Source: a virus (lineage: Duplodnaviria > Heunggongvirae > Uroviricota > Caudoviricetes). Taken from it: a DNA stretch of 24,673 nt. Location of the stretch: IMG/VR virus record IMGVR_UViG_2585427758_000016. The stretch is one strand, 5' to 3'. Under the pieces are notes generated by a model, which did not search any database, was not told the origin of the DNA, and saw nothing but the letters and a program-made list of their open reading frames with translations. Positions within the stretch are counted from its first letter, which is position 1. Each line of letters begins with the position of its first letter. Of this stretch, positions 10,359 to 18,959 are shown piece by piece. The translations under genes were made by a program, and so were the position numbers.

Positions 10359-10610
10359 TTATTCTCCTGAAAAAGCAGAAAAGCCAGCTTTTATTCCGAT
10401 CTCTTTCAATGCCTGTAATGAAGTGACAAACTCACCTTCGCGCAAGATAAATCCGTCCGTGACCCGAGCATCCACAAAATTAATTAACGCAGCCCCATTC
10501 TTTCGCAAACACATAATGCGGTAATGACTAACAAGATTTCCATTTTCAACGCACACAGCATAGAGGCCATCTTCACAAAAAATTTTACGCAGTTCTTCGA
10601 TGTTCATCAT
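10359..10610 (-). CDS. rem: Rem-like protein
   Basis: 83 aa ORF in the position and of the length of Qin rem. Confidence 0.7.
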   Translation of the reverse strand: MMNIEELRKIFCEDGLYAVCVENGNLVSHYRIMCLRKNGAALINFVDARVTDGFILREGEFVTSLQALKEIGIKAGFSAFSGE

Positions 10611-10740
10611 CAGAATCCTTCCGGATAATTAGCTCTCCCCTTTAAGGGACCATCCCTCTTATCCCTGCGCGCTACTTAAGTATTTTTGATTCTATTCCGG
10701 CACCGTCCAGAACTTCAAACGCGTTGAAAATAAAAACAAA

Positions 10741-10762
10741 AACCCGCCGAAGCGGGTTAAGT
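10741..10762 (-). terminator. Rho-independent terminator ending the relB-relE-hokD operon
   Basis: Stem aacccgc-cgaa-gcgggtt; minus-strand U-tract (plus strand reads aaaataaaaacaaa just upstream); about 65 nt downstream of the hokD stop. Confidence 0.6.
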
Positions 10763-10826
10763 GCGGGTGCGTTGAGGATGCCTGCCACATCAGAGGTGGC
10801 GAGGGATTTCTCCCCCGCCGGGTCTC

Positions 10827-10982
10827 TTACTCCTCAGGTTCGTAAGCTGTGAAGACAGCGACCTCCGTCTGGCCGGTTCGGATTCGTACCTCGCAGAGGT
10901 CTTTCCTCGTTACCAGTGCCGTCACTATGACGGTTAAACAGATGACGATCAGGGCGATTAACATCGCCTTTTGCTGCTTCAT
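10827..10982 (-). CDS. hokD: Hok-family membrane toxin HokD (RelF)
   Basis: Hand translation gives MKQQKAMLIALIVICLTVIVTALVTRKDLCEVRIRTGQTEVAVFTAYEPEE (51 aa), the Hok/Gef family signature; below the ORF-track size cutoff. Confidence 0.85.
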   Translation of the reverse strand: MKQQKAMLIALIVICLTVIVTALVTRKDLCEVRIRTGQTEVAVFTAYEPEE

Positions 10983-11053
10983 AGCCTGCTTCTCCTGTCA
11001 ACGCAAAGCAGAAGTGTCACCTTCGGTGCGAAACAGAGATGTCATGCTTTGGT

Positions 11054-11341
11054 TCAGAGAATGCGTTTGACCGCCTCGCTATATACTTCCGAGCGTTCTC
11101 TTTTCCCAACAGAAATCACGAAAACGACAACTTTCTCGTCTATAACCTGGTATACAAGGCGATAGCCTGAAGACCGGAGCTTAATCTTGTAACAATCAGG
11201 CATACCACGGAGCTTGTTTGCTTCAATCCGGGGTGACTCAAGTACTTCAACCAGCTTCTTTTTCAACTGTTCACGTACCGTCGAGCCCAGCTTTCGCCAT
11301 TCCTTTAGTGCCCGCTCGTCAAAATCCAGAAAATACGCCAT
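11054..11341 (-). CDS. relE: mRNA interferase toxin RelE
   Basis: 95 aa MAYFLDFDERALKEWRKLGSTVREQLKKKLVEVLESPRIEANKLRGMPDCYKIKLRSSGYRLVYQVIDEKVVVFVISVGKRERSEVY... matches K-12 RelE from memory. Confidence 0.95.
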   Translation of the reverse strand: MAYFLDFDERALKEWRKLGSTVREQLKKKLVEVLESPRIEANKLRGMPDCYKIKLRSSGYRLVYQVIDEKVVVFVISVGKRERSEVYSEAVKRIL

Positions 11342-11580
11342 CAGAGTTCATCCAGCGTCACACGTACTGGCTTAGGATTACGAAGCCGTTCTTTCACTAT
11401 CTCCACAAGTTCAGCATCTTCATCACTCAGGAGTGTCTGTTTGAACGGCAAGCGTTCATTGTCAGCGATATACTCGAGCATGAGACGAAGCGCTTCAGAA
11501 GGAGTTACACCCATTTTTTCAAGCGCGGCGTAAGAACGCGCTTTAAGTTCATCGTCAATACGCAGGTTAATGCTACCCAT
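11341..11580 (-). CDS. relB: Antitoxin RelB
   Basis: 79 aa MGSINLRIDDELKARSYAALEKMGVTPSEALRLMLEYIADNERLP...; one-base overlap with relE, the classical arrangement. Confidence 0.95.
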   Translation of the reverse strand: MGSINLRIDDELKARSYAALEKMGVTPSEALRLMLEYIADNERLPFKQTLLSDEDAELVEIVKERLRNPKPVRVTLDEL

Positions 11581-11584
11581 GTCT

Positions 11585-11640
11585 TACACCTCTTGTAATT
11601 ACAAATGTCATTACAAGTATCGCACTACAACATGCTTAGG
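11585..11640 (-). promoter_or_regulatory. relBE promoter and operator (relO)
   Basis: Immediately upstream of the relB start, read on the minus strand: cttgtaatgacatttgtaattacaagaggtgtaagacATG, containing the palindromic TTGTAATTACAA and repeated TGTAAT/ATTACA hexads. Confidence 0.7.
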
Positions 11641-12062
11641 GCAAGTCACGAAGGAAGTCAGAAAGTAGTCGTAAGAACGGTGATCACTGTCCGCTTTGTG
11701 CCAGGAGCAGCCATTGCTAAGTCCATCCTGTATTGTGCAGGTCAGCTCGTTTTTAAAGAGTCCGGCCATCATCTTACTGGTACAGACACCATATACTTTG
11801 TGACGGTCAGGCTACATATGCACAACTCAACTTATTCATCTATTTTTTGCTTTAGCATGTCAGTGTTGCTTTCTCGTCGGCGGGTGAGCGGTGACCTGAC
11901 CTGTCGATAAAGGAACGTAACACGTTTTATGCAACACCCGCATGCGGCAGAAAATTATTGCCGAACGTTTACCCCTGTCAACAAGCTTTACTTTCTGAGG
12001 CGCGCCAGCCCGCGAGGAAAACAATCTGAACATCAAACAATTAATGACACAAGAAATACGAT

Positions 12063-12089
12063 TAAAGATTTTTTTGTGCATGCCGATAG
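12063..12089 (+). promoter_or_regulatory. Sigma-28 (FliA) class 3 flagellar promoter upstream of flxA
   Basis: TAAAGATT - 11 nt - GCCGATAG against the consensus TAAAGTTT-N11-GCCGATAA; followed by an AAGGAG RBS and the flxA ATG at 12113. Confidence 0.65.
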
Positions 12090-12112
12090 TGCTTTTTTAA
12101 AAGGAGAAATCT

Positions 12113-12445
12113 ATGTCTGTCACAATTCAGGGAAATACCTCAACCGTTATTTCAAACAACTCCGCCCCGGAAGGAACATCAGAAATAGCCAAAATCACAA
12201 GACAAATTCAGGTGCTGACTGAAAAGCTTGGGAAAATCTCATCGGAAGAGGGGATGACGACACAGCAGAAAAAAGAAATGGCTGCATTGGTACAGAAGCA
12301 AATTGAAAGCCTCTGGGCTCAACTGGAGCAGTTGTTAAGGCAGCAGGCAGAGAAAAAGAATGAAGACGCGACAGTTCAGCCTGATAAAAAAGAAGAGAAA
12401 AAAGACGATACAAATACCGCTGGCACCATTGATATTTACGTCTAA
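12113..12445 (+). CDS. flxA: FlxA (FliA-regulated protein)
   Basis: 110 aa ORF with a Gln/Glu/Lys-rich coiled-coil-like sequence, preceded by a sigma-28 promoter; position corresponds to flxA in Qin. Confidence 0.85.
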   Translation: MSVTIQGNTSTVISNNSAPEGTSEIAKITRQIQVLTEKLGKISSEEGMTTQQKKEMAALVQKQIESLWAQLEQLLRQQAEKKNEDATVQPDKKEEKKDDTNTAGTIDIYV

Positions 12446-12458
12446 GTGACAGCCGTAT

Positions 12459-12482
12459 TGTGGCCCTCATCGGGCCACTTTT
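12459..12482 (+). terminator. Rho-independent terminator of flxA
   Basis: tgtggccc-tcatc-gggccac followed by tttt, 14 nt after the flxA stop. Confidence 0.65.
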
Positions 12483-12533
12483 CGCCATCAGCCTTTTCTT
12501 TAAAGACATATTATCTTTGTATCATTTCTGATA

Positions 12534-14407
12534 GTTAACATTACAAGATATAAGTAATGGACGCACTCCCAATTAGTCTATTTAAATCGCCACGAGTTTA
12601 ACTGACAACCCATGATCAATTATGAATTGCAACTATTTCTGTAGTCACTTTTGTGGGGACAGTCCACAAAACTGCCAACTTCCGCTTCTTGCTCTTAGCG
12701 GACATTAGCATAGGCTATTTACCATAACGTCTCATTACGCGCACCGCCCAGACTGACTCAGCGCGTTTCTGGCATATCCCCGGTAAAACAAGTAACAAAC
12801 CACCCGAAAATGAACACCAGAAACGCGACTTAAGAATCTACCCTATGAATGGATATGCACTCAACCGAATCGATCTTGGTTTCAATCTTTTTTATCGGGA
12901 TCAGGCTTCTTTTTAGGTAACTTCGGGGGCTTAACTTGCTGATGACTTTGCGTTCGGCGCGTAAGCCAGGGATGGTCAGCTTTAGGTTTAACATAGTATT
13001 TTGAGCGTAAATCAATACGGGCATTATCCACTCGTTCATGGACACTCTTTTCATCATCCAGTGGTATAGGCTCCGGGCCATCAACATACTTTTCCCAGCC
13101 CAGCGCTTTCCCGTCATACAGAACGTTAATTTCACCGTCAAAGTTCTCGCATACAGTAACAACCGAATGCCTAAGTCGATATCCCCGGCTCTCACTGCGT
13201 ACCTGAAACGCACTGCTTTTGTACTGGAAAGTGAGATTTTTAGACAGAACGCGCTTCGCCTGTAGGCTGAAGATATAACCCAGTTCCTCTTCAGAATGGT
13301 GCACATCAAGATGAGCATTATCAGTAGTACGAGGCGACGTAGCGAACCGGTTGTTATAGGCTTCAATAAAGGTCGGCAACCATGCATTTGCTGTTTCAAT
13401 ATCACTGATATTCTGAAGCCGCATTTCTTTGACCAGCCTGTCCTGTAGTGTCTGATTGGCGCGCTCTACCCGCCCTTTTGCCTGCGGGCTGTTGGCATGG
13501 ATTGGCTCGATGCCCAGTGTCTTTATCGCACGAGTGAACTGGGTCAGCTCACCTTCCCGCTCTGGGTTATTTACCCTGAATATACTGTGTCTATCAGAGT
13601 AGAGAGCGAGCGGTACGCCATGATCATTAAGGTAACCCCGGAGGGTTTCCATGTAAGCCCGGGTTGTTTCAGCAGGCACAAAACGCAACGCCATCAACGC
13701 ACTGGTGGCATCATCAATGAAAACGATCAGTGTACATCTGGGGCCTCGATTTTCAAACCAGTCATGAGGTGAGCCATCAATCTGGATCAGTTCACCGTAA
13801 GATGGTCGTCGCATGCGGCGTTGATATATACGGGCAATTTTACGACGGCGTTCACGCCATAACCCCTCTTCTATCATCCACTTTCTGAGAGTTTCAACGG
13901 ATAAAGATAAACCGTGTATCTCGCGCAATTTTTCGCACGCAAACGTAGGTCCAAAATCAGCGTAACGGCCTTTGAGGAGTGAAATTACTGTTGCTCTGAA
14001 TTCAGTAGAAAAGGAATTATTAGGACGCTTTCCACGTCGGTGGGAAACCAGACCAGAAGGCCCTTCATTTCTATACCGTTGCACCAGACGTTTAACCTGC
14101 CGAATAGAAATGCCAATGCGTGCCGCAGCTTGTTCCTGAGTAATATGTCGATTAATTGACTCCTGAATAATCTGAAGTCGGTGGAGTTCCTTATGACTCA
14201 TCGTAACAGTCTCTTTGATCATGAAAAATCCCCCAGAGAATTGTCTGGGGACATTTTAGAATGGTTCAAAGGGGACATTACAGCTTGGTGTTAACAATAG
14301 CCTGCTTCTCCGTGCCTTTCGGCACGTAAGAGGCTAACCTACATGTGTCTAGCATGAAATTGGCCTCAGATTAATGTTAAGCGTCTTGCAGGACGCGTAA
14401 TGTTAAC
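12534..14407 (-). mobile_element. Putative insertion sequence carrying one DDE transposase gene (IS481-family-like); boundaries tentative
   Basis: Single transposase ORF flanked by non-coding DNA; only candidate terminal inverted repeat I could find by eye is gttaacattac (12534-12544) versus gtaatgttaac (14397-14407). No direct repeats confirmed. Confidence 0.3.
12882..14222 (-). CDS. DDE transposase with N-terminal HTH and rve integrase-core domain
   Basis: 446 aa; N-terminal HTH region (TQEQAAARIGISIRQVKRLVQRY), catalytic-triad candidates in QIDGS, YSDRHSIF and GRVERANQTLQDRL with a basic residue seven positions after the Glu; Lys/Pro-rich C-terminal tail. Confidence 0.8.
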   Translation of the reverse strand: MIKETVTMSHKELHRLQIIQESINRHITQEQAAARIGISIRQVKRLVQRYRNEGPSGLVSHRRGKRPNNSFSTEFRATVISLLKGRYADFGPTFACEKLREIHGLSLSVETLRKWMIEEGLWRERRRKIARIYQRRMRRPSYGELIQIDGSPHDWFENRGPRCTLIVFIDDATSALMALRFVPAETTRAYMETLRGYLNDHGVPLALYSDRHSIFRVNNPEREGELTQFTRAIKTLGIEPIHANSPQAKGRVERANQTLQDRLVKEMRLQNISDIETANAWLPTFIEAYNNRFATSPRTTDNAHLDVHHSEEELGYIFSLQAKRVLSKNLTFQYKSSAFQVRSESRGYRLRHSVVTVCENFDGEINVLYDGKALGWEKYVDGPEPIPLDDEKSVHERVDNARIDLRSKYYVKPKADHPWLTRRTQSHQQVKPPKLPKKKPDPDKKD

Positions 14408-15887
14408 TGGGGCTTTTCTCTATCTGCCGTTGGTGTCCATGCCCGAGGCAGATAGCCTCAAGCACCCGCAGTCATTCTACTTAACTAAGATTTCCCCGCA
14501 AACCGTTTTTGTCCAGCACAGTAAATATCCAACTAAACCAATGGAGTTCGCTGTATTTACCGCCAGTATTCAATGCACATGACCGCCATGAACACCCCTA
14601 AAAAAAGGGCATTTATATATCCAAATATTAATATCAAAACATCAACTTTTTCCATATACCTTGCTGTGAAGATGATGGGCATACATGATGCGAACAACCA
14701 GAACGCAACAAACAAAAACTGCAATGCGTTTTTCATTATTCCTCCTACAATCAATGTGCAATTACATTTAAACACACCTCAATTTGGCCGGACATATAAA
14801 TATCTAAACCAGAAAAAATCACTTACATAGCGTTACAAACTCTTTAGTCTAAAGGTTCATCGTAAAACATTCCCCATACTTATCAGTCCGTTCCGCGCCA
14901 GGTAGCTCATTGCCTTATCTGGCAACCTGTAATCAGGTTTCCGCTTTTTCAGTTGGCTGGTCGTTTAACCGACATAGTTAATCCATTAATCTAGTTGCCG
15001 GATGTTGGTGGATTTTCGCGTTTTAGTTGTTCATAAAAGTGCACAGCTTTAACCAGTTCTTCTGATGTAACCGGGACTGGTGAGGCAGTGAATAAGGCCT
15101 GAATTTGATAGTTCGGCCTGTCGTTACAATCCTCTTTTTTCGGTACATATTTCCAGTCACCAGACCACTACTTCCCCTGAAAGTCCGTAACGCTTTTTTC
15201 ACGTAGCGATATCGCCATGCCACTGGTTTTGCTTGCCCCGCCGTTTCATGCCCTTCCTGATAATTAATCTCGCTCATTCATCGCCCCACTCATCACAATA
15301 TGCTTCGACCGGAGTTTTTCCCGCTTCATAGTCATCACGCTAGGATTCGACATCAGCAGCACTTCCACCGCGTAATTCACCATAGTCCATTAATAGTTCA
15401 TCCCGCTCTTCAAAACTGATGTTATATTTAGCTGAACAAAAATCAGCCACTTTGTTCTTCCTCATCGTCTTTTATTTCGTGGTATGAGTAATTGCAGTAG
15501 TTAAAGAAAATTTCTTATGCTCCGTCATGAATTTCATCAGGTGTTGCGTCATCGTCCACTTCGAATACATCCTCAAAATCTCCACCAGCTATTTCCGTTT
15601 CAATAATAATTTTGAACTTTCGCATTTCACTACCGCCCTTTCGGGCGGCCTCCTGATGTTCTGAGGGTGCAGAAATCCATCCGGTTAAGGATTAAGTTTT
15701 ATTTACAGAACTGAATTTAATTATTCAGATATACGTATCTGTAACCTTACGAATCTACTCACTGGATGCCTCTTTCATAAAAATAATCCAGTGGGTTTTA
15801 TCGTTTTTTCCCTGTTCGTTGACAGATAACAGGCTTTCTATCTGTCAGTGCCAGAATCTGGCTTACCGGTATTTGCGTTTCATTCCA

Positions 15888-16244
15888 TTAAAAAATCAGA
15901 ACGCCGTGCGGCCTCAACACCCGAAAAGCTTCTTTAAATCTCTGTCGCAAATCATCACGCCAGGCATCTTTATTCAGCCGTCCATATTTCTTTCCCATCC
16001 AGGCGTTATCACCAACACGCTCAAGATGCGGAGGGTCTAATACAACCATCGAAAAAGATGCGTCTGCAAATGATAATGCACGAAAATCTGCGATAATGTC
16101 AGGGCTGATAATCAAGCGTCTCCCATTGCGTAATGTGTATCCTTCTTTTCTGATATCGCTGAATATCGCCCGTTTGTCAGACTTATCGAACCAGAACATG
16201 CGGCTGCCACAGCACATATCAAGAATGGTTGCCGGTGCACTCAC
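15888..16244 (-). CDS. DNA methyltransferase N-terminal region (AdoMet-binding DMCCGS motif and DPPH motif IV); probably truncated
   Basis: 118 aa ORF with a DxxxGxG-like SAM motif and DPPH; ends about 45 residues after motif IV with no continuation in any minus frame, so a C-terminal domain appears missing. Confidence 0.5.
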   Translation of the reverse strand: MSAPATILDMCCGSRMFWFDKSDKRAIFSDIRKEGYTLRNGRRLIISPDIIADFRALSFADASFSMVVLDPPHLERVGDNAWMGKKYGRLNKDAWRDDLRQRFKEAFRVLRPHGVLIF

Positions 16245-16663
16245 TGCGCCACGTCCTGAAAATTACCCTGATAGAAAGCCAGTATGCGCTGCATAACTTC
16301 GCTCTTCCGGCACTCGCGACAGATTATGTTTAGGCGACTGTCGTAGCGACGTATTTCTCCGTCAGGTGATGACCAGATAAGGTCCGGATCAACCACAGCA
16401 GGTTTCTTCACCTTTGCCCTCGAGAGTTTTTTGCGGGCGTTTTGCCAGTCCTTACGCGCCTGTTCAGAGGGGAATAACCCGTAGCCGGAGTTGTATACAT
16501 CGCCACTGGCTACCAGCTCTCTGGCAAGAACGCTCATCAGATATCTAGTCGCACCTGTTTTAGCTTCCAGTTGCCGTAACGTCTCACGGCCGCTCTGGCG
16601 CACGAGTTCCACCACCTGCCATTTAATTTTTTCCCGCTCTTCTTGTGTAAAAACTTTTGCCAC
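16241..16663 (-). CDS. Hypothetical protein (140 aa), early-operon gene downstream of the replication gene
   Basis: Protein-like composition; translationally coupled to the methyltransferase fragment (stop/start overlap); no family recognised. Confidence 0.5.
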   Translation of the reverse strand: MAKVFTQEEREKIKWQVVELVRQSGRETLRQLEAKTGATRYLMSVLARELVASGDVYNSGYGLFPSEQARKDWQNARKKLSRAKVKKPAVVDPDLIWSSPDGEIRRYDSRLNIICRECRKSEVMQRILAFYQGNFQDVAQ

Positions 16664-16703
16664 AAGTCCCCCTTAAAATTACCTCATGACCTGAAATCAA
16701 CAC

Positions 16704-17723
16704 TTATCCTCTGAAACCAGGCGGAATTTCTGTATCCGGTTCAGAAATATGATTAACACAACGCTGTACAGGTGAACGTCCCAGGCGGATGACCAGTTCG
16801 TCCCATTTTTCGCGGAGCTTTGACGGGCTCATGATGTTTTTTACCCAGAATGGATCTCGCTGAACCCGACCAAACATTTCGCAAATTTGTCTGTGGCTTC
16901 TGCCATCCAGCATCCGCATTGTGCGCACGTCATTGGCCCAGGCAGTCCAGTTAGGCTCTTTTGGTCGCATGATCTCGCCATCATCACTGGCTGCCTGTTC
17001 GTAGAGACCCACGATCCGCCCCCAGATCCACTGCGCACACGCCAAATCCTCCCTGCTACCCCACTGGCGTTTTTTCGCACTAAACACAACCGCGTCGGAG
17101 TTCCGGGTTAAAGAATCCTGTTCAGTCGTCTGCGGGTCCGGTTGCGAAGCTTCCGGACGAAAAGTGTTTTTATTCTCTGTAGTAATCTCTGTTGTATTCT
17201 CTGTAAGATCATCAGGCCATTTTGACCCGATGACATTGGGTCGTTTTGAACCAATGGAGCGTTTCATTTTGACCTCTTCCATCGTGTCATTTTGACCTGA
17301 TGGAGCGGCGCATTTTGAACCGATGGATTCGCTCAATTTGCCACCATCTAAAAGCTCGCTCCCATAGTTGATCGTGTAGAAATTGGTCATATCGCGCTTT
17401 GATTTATTGAGCTTTTCACAACGCAAAAGCCCCAGCGTTTTCAGACTTGCAAACGCGCGCTTTAACGTTGACTCTGACCAGAATGGGAACTGTTCAAGCC
17501 ATTGTTCCGTTGTGTTATAAATCCAGCGAACACCATCACATTCCATGCCGGAGTTGGTATCTCTCAACCAGTAGTGCAGTTGTTGCAAAACAATGGCTTC
17601 GTTTAAGCCAATTTTCATTGCCAGCTGCGTGTTTATAACCAGTGGGCGTTCAGCAAAAAGAAGGCTCATAATTCCATCCAGCTTTTTGTTGGTATTGCTG
17701 TCGATACGCAAGCTTGAAAGCAA
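16704..17723 (-). CDS. Phage replication initiation protein (lambda O-like, iterons inside the gene)
   Basis: 339 aa; N-terminal winged-helix-like region (INTQLAMKIGLNEAIVLQQLHYWL), a central repetitive linker encoded by DNA iterons, and a conserved-looking C-terminal domain; follows the cro-like gene in the rightward early operon. Start may be the internal Met at 17669. Confidence 0.65.
   Translation of the reverse strand: MLSSLRIDSNTNKKLDGIMSLLFAERPLVINTQLAMKIGLNEAIVLQQLHYWLRDTNSGMECDGVRWIYNTTEQWLEQFPFWSESTLKRAFASLKTLGLLRCEKLNKSKRDMTNFYTINYGSELLDGGKLSESIGSKCAAPSGQNDTMEEVKMKRSIGSKRPNVIGSKWPDDLTENTTEITTENKNTFRPEASQPDPQTTEQDSLTRNSDAVVFSAKKRQWGSREDLACAQWIWGRIVGLYEQAASDDGEIMRPKEPNWTAWANDVRTMRMLDGRSHRQICEMFGRVQRDPFWVKNIMSPSKLREKWDELVIRLGRSPVQRCVNHISEPDTEIPPGFRG
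17160..17350. repeat. Putative replication origin: five to six ~20-bp iterons (core ATTTTGA(A/C)C...GATGG) plus an adjacent triplicated ATTCTCTGT motif
   Basis: Direct repeats cattttgacccgatg / ttttgaaccaatgg / cattttgacctc / cattttgacctgatgg / cattttgaaccgatgg / caatttgccacc at 17217-17348, preceded by tattctctgta-gtaatctctgt-tgtattctctgta at 17171-17205. Confidence 0.55.
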
Positions 17724-18171
17724 TTGCTTTTTCTATAAGTTCGTCAGTTTCACGATCCACTACGGCAGGATCAGCAAAAAGCAGTCCGGACTCCACCACA
17801 TCGCCATATTCTTTGTTTAACCCGGCGATCATGCACGTGATGCTTTTTCCGTCAGTAATTTCACGATACAACCTGAAATCACTAATCCGGATAGCCTCCA
17901 TAATCGCAGGCACTAGCGCCGTGAACTTTTCACGCTTATCCCTGGTGTCGATAGCCTTCCAGCGTTCGAATATCTTCACTCGATTAACACCAAGCGCTCG
18001 CTGATCAACCGCGCCACCTTCATCTGTGACACGCTGAACATCGATGTTCGGGCGCTCTTTCAAAGCCCAGAATGCTTCAGTGATTAATATCGTCGCCTGC
18101 TCCTGTGTCATTCCTGGTCGACATATCCAGGCATCCAGAGCCTCACGAGCCTGTTCAGGAGTGATTTTCAT
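17650..18171 (-). CDS. Hypothetical early protein (173 aa) between the cro-like gene and the replication gene
   Basis: Protein-like ORF overlapping dicC by 17 nt at its start and the O-like ORF at its end; occupies the cII-equivalent position; no family recognised. Confidence 0.5.
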   Translation of the reverse strand: MKITPEQAREALDAWICRPGMTQEQATILITEAFWALKERPNIDVQRVTDEGGAVDQRALGVNRVKIFERWKAIDTRDKREKFTALVPAIMEAIRISDFRLYREITDGKSITCMIAGLNKEYGDVVESGLLFADPAVVDRETDELIEKAIAFKLAYRQQYQQKAGWNYEPSFC

Positions 18172-18385
18172 TGTTCAACCGCCCCGCCCGCTTCGTCTTA
18201 CGATATTCATCATAAACTTTGGGATCATACTGAAGCTCCCCGCCAGATGCCTCCTGTAGACGCATCGCGCGACCTTCAGGAACCAGTATCCCCCAAGCAG
18301 CAACACTTGCCAGCCTCACTCCTGCGGCATTGGCAAGCTTTGTTTTGCTGCCAAAAAAAGTAATTGCGTCAACTTTAAGCATCAA
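18155..18385 (-). CDS. dicC: Cro-like regulator DicC
   Basis: 76 aa; ...FGSKTKLANAAGVRLASVAAWG...PEGRAMRLQEASGGELQYDPKVYDEYRKTKRAGRL resembles K-12 DicC as recalled; divergent from the repressor gene. Confidence 0.85.
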   Translation of the reverse strand: MMLKVDAITFFGSKTKLANAAGVRLASVAAWGILVPEGRAMRLQEASGGELQYDPKVYDEYRKTKRAGRLNNENHS

Positions 18386-18396
18386 AGCCCCCTCTT

Positions 18397-18413
18397 GTTA
18401 GACTTTTCTAACA
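18397..18413. promoter_or_regulatory. Operator palindrome in the dicC-dicA divergent promoter region (TGTTAGA-n4-TCTAACA)
   Basis: tgttagacttttctaaca; 7-bp inverted arms with a 4-bp spacer, centred in the 77-bp intergenic region. Confidence 0.6.
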
Positions 18414-18462
18414 TTATTGTGCGCGGGATACCTAAGTCAAGAAAAATTAGAATTACCTAACT

Positions 18463-18870
18463 ATGGATACAAGAACCCTGGGCCAGCGAGTTCTGGCGCG
18501 ACGAAAAGAATTACGCTTAACACAACGAGAAGCCGCGCGCCTCGCTGGAGTTGCTCACGTCACAATTTCACAATGGGAAAGAGACGAAACCCAGCCAGTC
18601 GGAAAACGATTGTTTGCTTTAGCGGATGCTCTGAAGTGCTCACCTACATGGCTAATGTTTGGTGACGAAGACAAGGCACCAGTGCCTGCACAAGAACTTC
18701 ATGTGGAAACAGAGCTAACTCCCAACCACAAAGAATTGATCGAATTATTCGATGCTCTTCCATCTTCCGAGCAGGAAGCCTTGCTGTCTGAAATGCGCGC
18801 AAGAGTAGAAAACTTCAACAAACTCTTCGAAGAAATGCTTAAAGCGCGTAAAAATAAATCAATAAAATAA
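18463..18870 (+). CDS. dicA: Prophage repressor DicA (HTH_XRE family)
   Basis: 135 aa; HTH region LTQREAARLAGVAHVTISQWERDETQP and a C-terminus (...LFDALPSSEQEALLSEMRARVENFNKLFEEMLKARK) resembling K-12 DicA as recalled. Confidence 0.9.
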   Translation: MDTRTLGQRVLARRKELRLTQREAARLAGVAHVTISQWERDETQPVGKRLFALADALKCSPTWLMFGDEDKAPVPAQELHVETELTPNHKELIELFDALPSSEQEALLSEMRARVENFNKLFEEMLKARKNKSIK

Positions 18871-18902
18871 CATTCTTTTCAAGTGATTAGTTGCGCCCAC
18901 CC

Positions 18903-18959
18903 TTTTTGTTAGATCAATCTAACAAAAAACACTTGCCTCTCATGTTAGGTTATTCTAAA
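18903..18959. promoter_or_regulatory. Operator palindromes downstream of dicA (candidate promoter/operator of the ydfA-dicB operon)
   Basis: Perfect palindrome TTTTTGTTAGA-tcaa-TCTAACAAAAA at 18903-18928 and a weaker related site tgttaggttattctaaa at 18943-18959; same half-site as the dicC-dicA operator. Confidence 0.55.

Noticed and set aside
11605-11910. 101 aa plus-strand ORF starting inside the relBE operator (same size as the annotated K-12 ydfV)
   Set aside because: Begins within the relO operator/promoter with no RBS and has odd composition; treated as doubtful, though K-12 annotates a gene of this size here.
12195-12509. 104 aa minus-strand ORF
   Set aside because: Antisense to flxA and running through its terminator.
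12830-13405. 191 aa minus-strand ORF
   Set aside because: Alternative frame inside the transposase gene.
15634-15649. GC-rich hairpin ccgccc-tttc-gggcgg
   Set aside because: No U-tract on either strand, so not called as a terminator; sits in the decayed region.
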